DNA from: Nitrospirae bacterium UBA2233
GTDB lineage: Bacteria; UBA2233
Direction of reading: 5' to 3'
DNA: 64,000 bases
Assembly (NCBI GenBank): GCA_002347965.1
Contig: DDYN01000057.1
Coordinates: 11,365-75,364, forward strand
Of this stretch, positions 9,401 through 17,833 are shown piece after piece. The position numbers and the translations under genes were made by a program. The number at the start of each line of letters is the position of its first letter. Position 1 is the stretch's first letter. Below the pieces are notes generated by a model. That model was not told where the DNA came from. It saw only the letters and a program-made list of their open reading frames with translations, and did not search any database.

Positions 9401-10003
9401 GAAGCCGTCGAAAAGGTCTACCTTTTGGCCTGGGAACAGGGCTGCAAGGGGGTAACGATCTACAGGGACGGCTCTAGGGAAGCCCAGGTGCTAGAGACGG
9501 GTAAGACGCGGGTTGTACGAGAGGGCGGGCAAGCGCCGCTAGTCCAAGCCAGACCAGCCAAGCGCAAGCGCCCCAAGGTCCTCAATGGGACGACGATCCA
9601 GATGGATACGGGCTGCGGACCGATGTACGTGACGATCAACGAGGACGAGCGGGGGCTATTCGAGCTGTTCAACACGATCGGAAAGGCGGGTGGCTGCGCG
9701 GCATCACAGTCCGAGGCGATCGGCCGTCTGGTATCGCTCGCCTGGCGGAGCGGGATTCCTGCGGAAGAAACCACCAAGCAGCTTATCGGAATCCGCTGCC
9801 ACAAGCCCGTCGGGTTTGGGGACAATCAGATTACCTCGTGCGCCGATGCTATCGCGAAGGCCGTTCTTACGCACTTGGGGGAAGACAAACACAAATATCA
9901 AGACCCTCCATCCTACGGTGCCTGCCCCGAGTGCGGAGGTACGCTCGAGCCAAAAGAGGGCTGCGCGACTTGCAAAGAGTGTGGATATTCTGAGTGCGAA
10001 TAG
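6437..10003 (+). CDS. nrdJ: Adenosylcobalamin-dependent (class II) ribonucleoside reductase NrdJ, intein-containing. Start chosen at [17 protein letters not shown]; an in-frame GTG at 6389 with a stronger SD is an alternative start
   Basis: N-extein ...[24 protein letters not shown]...IHKSGGG and C-extein [33 protein letters not shown]... reconstruct the class II RNR GGGTGFSFS core. The C-terminal Cys-rich tail CPECGG...[12 protein letters not shown] is present. The track ORF 6077..10003 includes a spurious 5' extension overlapping the HAD gene. Confidence 0.9.
   Translation: [1188 protein letters not shown]
6782..8167 (+). mobile_element. Intein (462 aa) with two LAGLIDADG-type homing-endonuclease motifs, inserted in the NrdJ GGG^TGFSF active-site region
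   Basis: Begins with Cys (CIAGDARV...) immediately after GGG and ends ...LAMVHN before Thr+1. Internal motifs are [11 protein letters not shown] and [11 protein letters not shown]. Confidence 0.85.
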
Positions 10004-10020
10004 GAAGGCCCAAAAAAGGA

Positions 10021-10053
10021 ACCCCCCGGGAGTCGACGACTTCCTCGGGGGGT
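10021..10053 (+). terminator. GC-rich hairpin just downstream of the nrdJ stop (ACCCCCCG...CGGGGGGT stem); possible terminator, no clear U-tract
   Basis: 8-bp G/C stem with an internally structured loop, read from the sequence. Confidence 0.3.
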
Positions 10054-10067
10054 GGGTTACTTCGTCG

Positions 10068-10364
10068 TTAGCGGGAGCGTGAGAGCGAAACGACGTAGTT
10101 CGAGACAAGCTCGAGTTCGGTGTCGCTCAACTCGGGAGCGATCGGGCAACGGTCCATCGCTCTAGCAAACGACGTCCATGTTTTGTAGTGGTTGATGGGT
10201 GGAGCTTGTGAATCCCCGGTACCATCAGTCTTATGGCAGCTTGTACAACGCCGCTCGTAGAACTCTTTGCTCACGACGGAGGAACCCTGGGCATAGGCGA
10301 AGCAGGCGCTTAAGAATACACATCCCCATATTACTAAGGCGCTTATCCTACGTAGCCCCTCCAT
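10068..10364 (-). CDS. Secreted mono-haem c-type cytochrome (CxxCH = CTSCH)
   Basis: Signal-peptide-like N-terminus, single CXXCH, 98 aa. Confidence 0.65.
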   Translation of the reverse strand: MEGLRRISALVIWGCVFLSACFAYAQGSSVVSKEFYERRCTSCHKTDGTGDSQAPPINHYKTWTSFARAMDRCPIAPELSDTELELVSNYVVSLSRSR

Positions 10365-10391
10365 GCGTAGCCCCCCATGGAATTTTTGCCT

Positions 10392-10715
10392 TTATTTTTT
10401 TAGCGTGACAATGTAGGATGCCAACGCTTCGAAGTCTGCATCCGACTTGCCTTTTGCGTAAGGCTCCATGATGGCCTTCAAATCGCCGCCTTTGCCTTCA
10501 CGGTAGTCTTTGAGCTTTTGGACCACCTGCTCTTTTGAAAGGGAAGCAAGGGGCGGGTAGATACCTTGGCCTTTAGCGTTCTGCTGATGGCAGGCGGCGC
10601 ACTCCTTTGAGTAAAGTTCCTTCCCCGTGTTGCCGGCGGCAAAGAGCGAAGACGCCCCAAAAACCCCCAAAAAACAAGCACTCCACAGAGCCCTTCTTGG
10701 AAAGTCCCTAGACAT
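10392..10715 (-). CDS. Class I c-type cytochrome (c552/c6-like), CAACH haem motif
   Basis: Signal peptide, CAACH, and the ...GIYPPLASLSKEQVVQKLKDYREGK... pattern typical of small soluble cytochromes c. Confidence 0.75.
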   Translation of the reverse strand: MSRDFPRRALWSACFLGVFGASSLFAAGNTGKELYSKECAACHQQNAKGQGIYPPLASLSKEQVVQKLKDYREGKGGDLKAIMEPYAKGKSDADFEALASYIVTLKK

Positions 10716-10727
10716 GCCAACTCTCCG

Positions 10728-11057
10728 CTATTTTTTTAGCGTTGCCATGTATGCGGCAAGGGCCTCGAGCTGTTGGTCTGTCTTGCCTTTGACGAACGGC
10801 ACCATAACCGATTTCATGCTTCCGCCGTAGGTGCCGTCCCTGTAGCCTTTGAGCATTTCCAGGCCTTTTTCTTTGGAGAGGTTGTTGACGGCGGGGTAGA
10901 TCCCCGAGCCAGCCCCGTTAGCCATGTGACAGCTTGCGCATTCTTGCTCGTACATCTTTTTGCCTTCTGCAACCGGGTCTTGAGCAATTGCCAATCCAGT
11001 AAGAGAGAGGGTGTAAAGCGCGGTTAAGCCCGCAAGCCCTACAGCTGCCTTTTTCAT
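10728..11057 (-). CDS. Class I c-type cytochrome, paralog of the adjacent gene (CASCH motif)
   Basis: ...ECASCHMANGAGSGIYPAVNNLSKEKGLEMLKGYRDGTYGG... is closely parallel to the neighbouring ORF, indicating a tandem duplication. Confidence 0.75.
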   Translation of the reverse strand: MKKAAVGLAGLTALYTLSLTGLAIAQDPVAEGKKMYEQECASCHMANGAGSGIYPAVNNLSKEKGLEMLKGYRDGTYGGSMKSVMVPFVKGKTDQQLEALAAYMATLKK

Positions 11058-11507
11058 GCCGTCTCCTCCTTTTAGGTTTATCGGTCCACGTACGCAAAAA
11101 ACTCGCTGCCATTATACTACGGCCAGGCGTGTCCTTCAAGCATGCCAATCGTGCGTTATCGCTCGGAAGCGATCGGGGGTTAGTCCCCATCCTCCGCCAC
11201 CCGAGGCATCGGCAAACCCGGCTAGCAACCCGAGCGGCACAAGGAAGCATCGGATAGGTTTGTCGCCGCCCGGCAGCGTGGAAACCCGGCGTGGAACGAG
11301 AAACTGGACAAAAAGGTATCCGCCCGAAAAAATAAGAGCAGGGCCGTAAAGGGCCATTCTTCCAGAGTGCGATCTATTTTATAATTTACAGGTAAACGGC
11401 CAAGGGCTTGTGTCAACGTGCCTAAGGGTGGTTTCATGATAAGAAAGGCTCTTTTTATGACGCAACCGAACGGCGTGATCCCGTGATCCAAAGGAGAGAC
11501 AAAGCCC

Positions 11508-13196
11508 ATGCGCAAAGATTCTGATCTTTCAAAAATCGAGGAGATTAAGAAAAACAGCTCCTACCTCCGACAACCCCTTTTTGAGGAGTTAGAAAACCAC
11601 GAAGAGGCTTTCTCGGACGAGGGCGCCCAGGTTATCAAGTTTCACGGGGTTTACCAGCAAGATGACAGGGACCAAAGGAAGTCAAGGAGGAGCGAGGGCT
11701 TGGAACCGGCCTACCGGTTCATGGTCCGAGTAGGTTCGGCGGGCGGGGCTTACACGGCCGAGCAGCTCCTTGCCATGTTTAAGTTTGCCGATGCCTACGG
11801 AAACAAAACGCTTAGGCTTGCCTCCAGGCAAAGCGTCCAACTCCACGGTGTCCTCAAACAAGGCTTGAAGCCGCTCATATCTGGGATTATCCGACACCTC
11901 TTGAACACATACGGCAGATGCGGCGACGTCCTAAGGAACGTGACGCTCTGCCCCGCGCCGCCAGGAGCAGTCCTTGCGCAAACCTTGATAGAGACAGCCA
12001 AGGAGATTGAGGCCTTCTTTAAGCCAAAATCCAACGCCTACCTTGAAGTTTGGCTGGACGGCAAGCTAGCGGCGAGCACGGAGGGCGAGGAAGAGCCCCT
12101 CTACGGCAGGACTTACCTCCCCCGTAAGTTTAAGATCGGCATCGCTTCGCCTTTTGACAACTGCATCGACGTCTATGCGAACGACATCGGCATCGTTCCT
12201 GTCGAGAACGGCCGGCTAGAAGGGTTTGTTCTTTTGGCGGGAGGCGGAATCGCCTTTAGCCATGGTGAGCGCACCACCTACCCCAGGCTTGCAGAACCGC
12301 TGGGGTTCGTCGTGCCGGATGACCTGCTTGCCACGCTCGAGGCTATCTTCACAATCCAGCGGGATTTTGGCGACAGGTCCAAGCGAAGTCATGCAAGAAT
12401 GAAGTACACGCTCGATCGCCTTGGACTTTTGGGGTTCAAAGATGAGCTCGAAAGAAGGCTTGGCAAGCCTGTTGCCCCGGCGCGTAAGCCTATCTGGAAG
12501 ACTTCTCATGACCATCTGGGCTGGCAAACGCTCGAAGACGGAAGGCTCATGCTTGGGCTCCCCATCCCATCGGGAAGGGTTCAGGATGCGCCAGAACATC
12601 GCTACAAAAGCGCCGTCCTGGCGCTGCTCGAGGCCTTCCGGCCGGATGTCCGGGCCACTCCGCAGCAAAACATGCTGTTTGTTGGCCTCCTGCCAGGAGA
12701 CAGGCGTAAGGTCGAGGAGTGTCTAAGCGATTTCGGGGTGCCCATGGCCGAAAGTCTCAAGCCCTTCGAGCGCACCGCGATGGCCTGCCCCGCTCTTCCA
12801 ACCTGTGGGCTCGCGATTGCCGAGGCCGAACGGGCCTTTCCCGGCCTTCTAGAAGAGCTGCTAGCGGTGCTGGAAGAGTTCGGGCTTCAAGACGAGCCGC
12901 TAGCCGTAAGAATGACGGGCTGCCCGAACAACTGCGTAAGGCCGCTTTTGGCGGAGATAGGAATCATAGGCAGGGGCCTTGATTCCTACAACATCTACCT
13001 TGGCGCCAGTCATCTCGGAACGCGCTTAGGGGCACTTTTTGCGGAAAAGGTGCCGAAGAAAGAGGTCGTGGAGACTCTAAGGCCCGTGCTCTACCTCTGG
13101 AGCCGGACTAAGCTCGAAGGCGAGCGCTTTGGCGACTTCTACAACCGCGTCGGGCTGATCCCTCTTCGAAACCTTGCCGTCCGGGAAATAGTTTAG
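11508..13196 (+). CDS. Sulfite (or nitrite) reductase hemoprotein, siroheme/[4Fe-4S], CysI/Sir-like
   Basis: Cys clusters MACPALPTCGLAIAEAERAF and TGCPNNCVRPLLAEIGIIG match the CysI pattern ACPxxxTCxLAxAEAER / TGCPNGCxRxxLAEIG. Confidence 0.8.
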   Translation: MRKDSDLSKIEEIKKNSSYLRQPLFEELENHEEAFSDEGAQVIKFHGVYQQDDRDQRKSRRSEGLEPAYRFMVRVGSAGGAYTAEQLLAMFKFADAYGNKTLRLASRQSVQLHGVLKQGLKPLISGIIRHLLNTYGRCGDVLRNVTLCPAPPGAVLAQTLIETAKEIEAFFKPKSNAYLEVWLDGKLAASTEGEEEPLYGRTYLPRKFKIGIASPFDNCIDVYANDIGIVPVENGRLEGFVLLAGGGIAFSHGERTTYPRLAEPLGFVVPDDLLATLEAIFTIQRDFGDRSKRSHARMKYTLDRLGLLGFKDELERRLGKPVAPARKPIWKTSHDHLGWQTLEDGRLMLGLPIPSGRVQDAPEHRYKSAVLALLEAFRPDVRATPQQNMLFVGLLPGDRRKVEECLSDFGVPMAESLKPFERTAMACPALPTCGLAIAEAERAFPGLLEELLAVLEEFGLQDEPLAVRMTGCPNNCVRPLLAEIGIIGRGLDSYNIYLGASHLGTRLGALFAEKVPKKEVVETLRPVLYLWSRTKLEGERFGDFYNRVGLIPLRNLAVREIV

Positions 13197-14908
13197 CGCG
13201 CCTGCTGGGACGTCTGCGCAAACTGCCGGGCGAAAAATTCTGGGGTTAAGGGCTGGCCTGTCGCTTGCTTAATCAATTCGTCCCAGCGGTACCTGGCGCC
13301 GTGCCTAAATATCTTTTCGATCAAAAACCCCTTAAGCCTCGGGTCGGCCACGAGTGAGGGCTCGGCATCCGGGTTGGCTCCTAAAACATCGCTCAGTACC
13401 GTGGCGTAGAGCTGGCTGGCCAAAAGCTCGCCCAGCAGGTAGTTGTGGTAGTACGCGGGCGAGGAGCTGAAGTGGATCTTGGCCGCCCAGTCGGGGTTCT
13501 TGCGCTTTGGTGGCTTGAGGCCTTGGTATTCATGGACGAGCCGCCACCAAAGGGCGTCTAAGTCTTGGTCGGGGTCTTCGTACAGTTGGCGCTCGAAGCG
13601 GGCCATGACCATGTCCCAGCGGGCAAAAACAAGCTCGTCCGCACGAAGCGAGACCTTGAGGCTGGGGGCAAGCCTTTTTGCCCCGCTCGGGTCAAGAAGG
13701 CCCATGTCCAAAAGCCAGGCGGCAGACTTGGGAAGCCGTTCAAAGAACATGGCGATCGCCTCGGTCACGAACGTATGGGCCGCGATACGGAGCGTGTAGG
13801 GCAGTTCCGGGTCGATGTAGCGGTCGTAGATCGCATGGCCGAACTCGTGCAAGAGCGTGTCCATCCAGTAGGCGTCGTTCTCGACGTTCAAAAAGACCCT
13901 GATGTCGCCCAATCGGTCTATGTCGATCGTGTAGGCGTGAGGGTTCTTGCCGGGCGCAGGCGTGATCGGCTGGGATCTTGCGAGGATGTCGTAGATCGGG
14001 ATTCCAAGGCTTGCGTAATAAAACTTGTTGAGTTCGATGACGTCCTTGCCCTTGAACAGCGCCTCGGTTTCGGCGCCGAACACGTCCGGAGCGGCCTGGA
14101 AGAAGGGGTCTTGGTAGTGCCAGGGCATGAGTGCATCCTTTTGGATGCCGTAGCGGACGGCGAGCGCTTGGTCGAGCGTTTCTTTTAGAGCCCCGTAAGG
14201 CCCGTCCGTAAGCGCCTTGAGCTCATCAAACAGCGCATGAACCTTGCCCGCGTCCTGTTCGTCTAGTTCGAGGCTCATCGTGTAGTAATCTGGAAACCCA
14301 AGGTAGCTTGCCGCTTCGTTCCTTAGCCTGACGAGCTCCAAAAGCTCGGGGGCCACGGCCTTCCCCGCGGCCTTCTGCGCCTCGTAGGCCTTTTCCAACC
14401 GTGTGGAGTCGGTCTCTTCTTTGAGGACGCGGTTGATCTCGTTGTTGCTGACGCGCTGCCCCTCGATTTCGTAGGGGAACGTGTTGAAGGTCTCCTCGAC
14501 GCTCGCTTCCTTGCGCGTGATGCGCTCAAGGAGCTCGGGCGGGATCTGGTTTGCCAAGAAGGCGTTGTACAAAAGGGTAAGCTGCCTTGCGAGGGTCGGG
14601 TCTTGAACCTCGCCCTTGTCCTTGAACGCCTTGATGCGCCCGAATGCCTCCGGGTCGGCGTAGATGAGCCTTTCTACGAGGCTTAAGTCGGCGTAGCGGT
14701 CGTAGGCTTCCTTTTTGCCCGTCTGGGTCGCCTCAAAGTAGGAAAGCGCGGCTTGCTTGTTTAAGGGGGTAATCAGGCGGTTGTGGGCATCTAGGAAGGA
14801 CTGAAAGGCCATTTCGTCGTTTTGGGTGGATGCTCCATGAGACATGACAACTCCTCCTAGAAAAAGCGCAAAAGCAATTCTGCGAATGGTCCCTTGAACC
14901 CGCCTCAT
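13193..14908 (-). CDS. Secreted zinc metallopeptidase, gluzincin HEXXH...E (ACE-like M2 / M32 carboxypeptidase clan)
   Basis: HEFGHAIYD followed 24 residues later by TEAIAMF, the third zinc ligand Glu. The N-terminal signal peptide MRRVQGTIRRIAFALFLGGVV was chosen as the start at 14908; the ORF is open to 15001. Confidence 0.55.
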   Translation of the reverse strand: MRRVQGTIRRIAFALFLGGVVMSHGASTQNDEMAFQSFLDAHNRLITPLNKQAALSYFEATQTGKKEAYDRYADLSLVERLIYADPEAFGRIKAFKDKGEVQDPTLARQLTLLYNAFLANQIPPELLERITRKEASVEETFNTFPYEIEGQRVSNNEINRVLKEETDSTRLEKAYEAQKAAGKAVAPELLELVRLRNEAASYLGFPDYYTMSLELDEQDAGKVHALFDELKALTDGPYGALKETLDQALAVRYGIQKDALMPWHYQDPFFQAAPDVFGAETEALFKGKDVIELNKFYYASLGIPIYDILARSQPITPAPGKNPHAYTIDIDRLGDIRVFLNVENDAYWMDTLLHEFGHAIYDRYIDPELPYTLRIAAHTFVTEAIAMFFERLPKSAAWLLDMGLLDPSGAKRLAPSLKVSLRADELVFARWDMVMARFERQLYEDPDQDLDALWWRLVHEYQGLKPPKRKNPDWAAKIHFSSSPAYYHNYLLGELLASQLYATVLSDVLGANPDAEPSLVADPRLKGFLIEKIFRHGARYRWDELIKQATGQPLTPEFFARQFAQTSQQAR

Positions 14909-15098
14909 GCAAGCCCCGCATGGATTTTTGACCCTACAAGCATACCACGCGGCAGGCCAAGCGTTAAGGTAGGCTTTGGCCCCAACGGGCCCGGCCGGCA
15001 TTCCAGGCGGAGTGCCGTAAGCCAGAACCTCGCGACCCGCTAGGGTAAATTGAAGAGGGATGAAAACGCGGGCAAGCAGAAGGTGCTTGCCGTTGAGC

Positions 15099-15548
15099 CT
15101 ATACGCCGCGCTTTACGCCCTGAATTAACTGGTCGAGGTTCTGCAGGAACCGGGAGCGATCCCGCTTTTGGAAGGGCGGAGGCCCGCCGGACATGACCCC
15201 TGCCCCGCGGAGTTCGGACAAAAGGTTCCTTGTCGCCAGCATCGGCCCGATGTTGGCGTCGCTGATCACCCTGCCCGTTGGAGTGAGCACCCGTGCGCCT
15301 TTCTTGATGCACCTCGAAGCGAACTGGATGTCCGCGGTTACCACGATGTCGTTTGCAGAGGCACGTTCGGCGATCCAGTCGTCCGCGGCGTCGAATTGAC
15401 CCTTGACGACGACCCATTGCGCCGCCCAATCGCCCGGAAGGTGCATCGATGCGTTGGATACGAAGGTCACCCCAAGGCTGTAGCGCTTGGCCACCTTCAG
15501 AACCTCCTGCTTTACCGGGCAGGCATCGGCATCTACGTAGACCTGCAA
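15099..15548 (-). CDS. YaiI/YqgP-type UPF0178 (DUF188) protein
   Basis: N-terminal MQVYVDADACPVKQEVLKVAKRY is characteristic of the YaiI family. Confidence 0.65.
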   Translation of the reverse strand: MQVYVDADACPVKQEVLKVAKRYSLGVTFVSNASMHLPGDWAAQWVVVKGQFDAADDWIAERASANDIVVTADIQFASRCIKKGARVLTPTGRVISDANIGPMLATRNLLSELRGAGVMSGGPPPFQKRDRSRFLQNLDQLIQGVKRGV

Positions 15549-15552
15549 CTGG

Positions 15553-16398
15553 CTATCCGATCGCCGCTTTGAGCGCCTGCTCCAGCGTGGCGAAGGTAGG
15601 AACGTCCTTCAGGTCTACTCCGAGCCCCGTGAGCGTCCGGGACAACTGGGGCTTGATACCGCAAAGGGAGGTTTTTGACCCAAGCAGCCGGAGCGCCTGG
15701 ATGAGCCGGATCACCTCGGAGGCAACCTGGGTGTCCACGTGTGCCAAGCCGGAGAGGTCCAGAAGAACGGCCCTTGGTTTTTGCCCGGCCACGGCCGCCA
15801 GGAGGCGCTCGCTCAAGTCGTGCATACGCATCGAATCGTACCCGCCTAGCATCGGGACCATGAGAACCCTGCTCCAGACGGGGATGATGGGCGTAGAGAG
15901 CTCCTTGATCGTCTCATTTTGTGCTTCTAGGGCCTCTTCGAGCATCGCCTTGGTCTTGAAAAGCTCGTCCCTGGCTTGCCGAAGGATCGCGTCGTAGCGG
16001 AGGGATGTCTCCACTGTAAGCCTTTGGAGGTTCCTTTGAAAACGCCTGAACAGCCCTTCGGGCACCTCTGCGTGTGCCAGCTCCAGGATCTCGAAAGCGC
16101 CTTCGAGAAACGTTGCCGTCAGCACGTGAGCCCTGTAATGTGCGCTGGCCTGTCCCTCTGCAATCCTGGCAATGTCGGGCTCATCCACGCTAAAAAATTC
16201 AAAAAGAAGGTCCCTTATTTTTTCGATGAGCGCGTGGAACTGCGGATGCTCTCTTACTGCGTCCTGTCCCCGGACGCCGAGGAGTGCCTCCAAGAATTGC
16301 AGCCTACCCGGGTGATTAACATTGCCCAGCTCGAACGCCTCGGCCAGCTTCGCGGCAACCGTCTTCAAGCGGGTTCTATCCGAGATGTCTGCTTGCAT
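15553..16398 (-). CDS. RsbR-like STAS-domain protein (stressosome-type sensor)
   Basis: C-terminal STAS region ELSTPIIPVWSRVLMVPMLGGYDSMRMHDLSERLL...VLLDLSGLAHVDTQVASEVIRL. Confidence 0.55.
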   Translation of the reverse strand: MQADISDRTRLKTVAAKLAEAFELGNVNHPGRLQFLEALLGVRGQDAVREHPQFHALIEKIRDLLFEFFSVDEPDIARIAEGQASAHYRAHVLTATFLEGAFEILELAHAEVPEGLFRRFQRNLQRLTVETSLRYDAILRQARDELFKTKAMLEEALEAQNETIKELSTPIIPVWSRVLMVPMLGGYDSMRMHDLSERLLAAVAGQKPRAVLLDLSGLAHVDTQVASEVIRLIQALRLLGSKTSLCGIKPQLSRTLTGLGVDLKDVPTFATLEQALKAAIG

Positions 16399-16670
16399 TC
16401 CGATTCTCCTATTGCTGCGGCCTAGTCCTGGAAGTGCTCTCTAAGGGCGTGGTCGCTTGCGTTTTTGAGGCGGGAAGGCATTAACATGCGTTATTGTAGC
16501 CTTTTGGGGCATTTTTTTAAACGTTTTCACTCCTTCTGATGAGAACCTAGCCGTGGCCTTAGGGATCAAAAAATCTTGTCGCTTTTGGCCTGCTTGGGGT
16601 ATCTCTTGTGCAACAAGCTTCGTAGGTCGAGCCAAAAGGCCGCCGGACGGGGAGGCTTTTTGCGTTTAAT

Positions 16671-17831
16671 TCAATACTCCTCGAGGAGGTTTTTATAGCG
16701 ATCAAGACGCTCGATGAGCTCGCCCAGCGTATCGCCGCCCAATTTCTGAAGGTAGGCATCCGCCAAAACGAAGGCGACCATTGCCTCGGCCACGACGCAC
16801 ATCGCGGGCACGGCGCAAGTATCCGAGCGTTCGATCTCGGCGGGTTCCGGCTGCTTGGTTCTGACGTTCACGCTCGGGAGAGGGTTCATGAGAGTGGCGA
16901 TCGGCTTCATGAAGGCGCGTACAATCAGCTCTTCTCCCGTCGTCATGCCGCCTTCGAGGCCGCCGGAACGGTTTGTCTTCCGATAGAACCCCTGCTTTTT
17001 ATCGAAGAAGATCGCATCGTGCACCTCCGACCCTTTTTTTTCGGCCGCTTCGAAGCCTTCGCCGATCGCGACCGCCTTAATGGCCGGGATACTCATCAGC
17101 GCCCGAGCGAGCCCGCCATCGAGCTTCAAGTCCCACTGGACATGGCTGCCGAGGCCTGGCACGAGGCCGAGCACCCGGACTTCGGCCACGCCGCCCAGCG
17201 TATCGCCGTCTTTTTTGGCCTGCTCGATCGCCTCGATCATGTCCGTCTCGGCGTTTGGGTCTATGCAGGCTACTTCCGAAGCAAGCGCCCTTTGCCAGTC
17301 GGCCTCACTTAGGGTTTGCTTGCTTGGGGCCTTTGCCTTTCCGATCGACAGAACATGGCCCAGCACGCGAACGCCGAGCGCTTGAAGGAGCAGCTTGCAC
17401 AGAGCGCCGACGACGACCCTCGCTGCCGTCTCCCTTGCCGAGGCCCGTTCTAAGATGTCGCGAAGCTCGTGCGTGTGGTATTTGAGCCCGCCCGCCAGGT
17501 CTGCATGGCCTGGCCTTGGACGGGTAACGGCCCTTTTGTCCGTTTGTTCGCCGAACGGGGCCATGGCATCCTGCCAGCTCTGGAAGTCTTCGTTCTCGAT
17601 GCTCACGGCGATCGGAGATCCTAGGGTTTTGCCGAACCGTACGCCCGAGAGGAACTCGGGCGTGTCCGATTCTATCTGCATCCTCCGTCCCCTTCCGTAA
17701 CCTCCCTGTCTGCGCTTGAGCTCGGAGCGGACCCGTTCATTCTCGATGGGCAGCCCTTTAGGCATCCCATCCAAAATGACGACGAGCCTCTTGCCGTGCG
17801 ATTCTCCGGCCGTAAGAAACCGAAGCCCCAT
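16671..17831 (-). CDS. aroC: Chorismate synthase
   Basis: MGLRFLTAGESHGKRLVVILDGMPKGLPI... full-length AroC signature; TGA stop. Confidence 0.9.
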   Translation of the reverse strand: MGLRFLTAGESHGKRLVVILDGMPKGLPIENERVRSELKRRQGGYGRGRRMQIESDTPEFLSGVRFGKTLGSPIAVSIENEDFQSWQDAMAPFGEQTDKRAVTRPRPGHADLAGGLKYHTHELRDILERASARETAARVVVGALCKLLLQALGVRVLGHVLSIGKAKAPSKQTLSEADWQRALASEVACIDPNAETDMIEAIEQAKKDGDTLGGVAEVRVLGLVPGLGSHVQWDLKLDGGLARALMSIPAIKAVAIGEGFEAAEKKGSEVHDAIFFDKKQGFYRKTNRSGGLEGGMTTGEELIVRAFMKPIATLMNPLPSVNVRTKQPEPAEIERSDTCAVPAMCVVAEAMVAFVLADAYLQKLGGDTLGELIERLDRYKNLLEEY

Positions 17832-17833
17832 GC

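Noticed and set aside
16398-16671. Intergenic region between aroC and the RsbR-like gene with an imperfect GC hairpin and a T-run
   Set aside because: The stem has mismatches and the location is ambiguous; insufficient to call a terminator.
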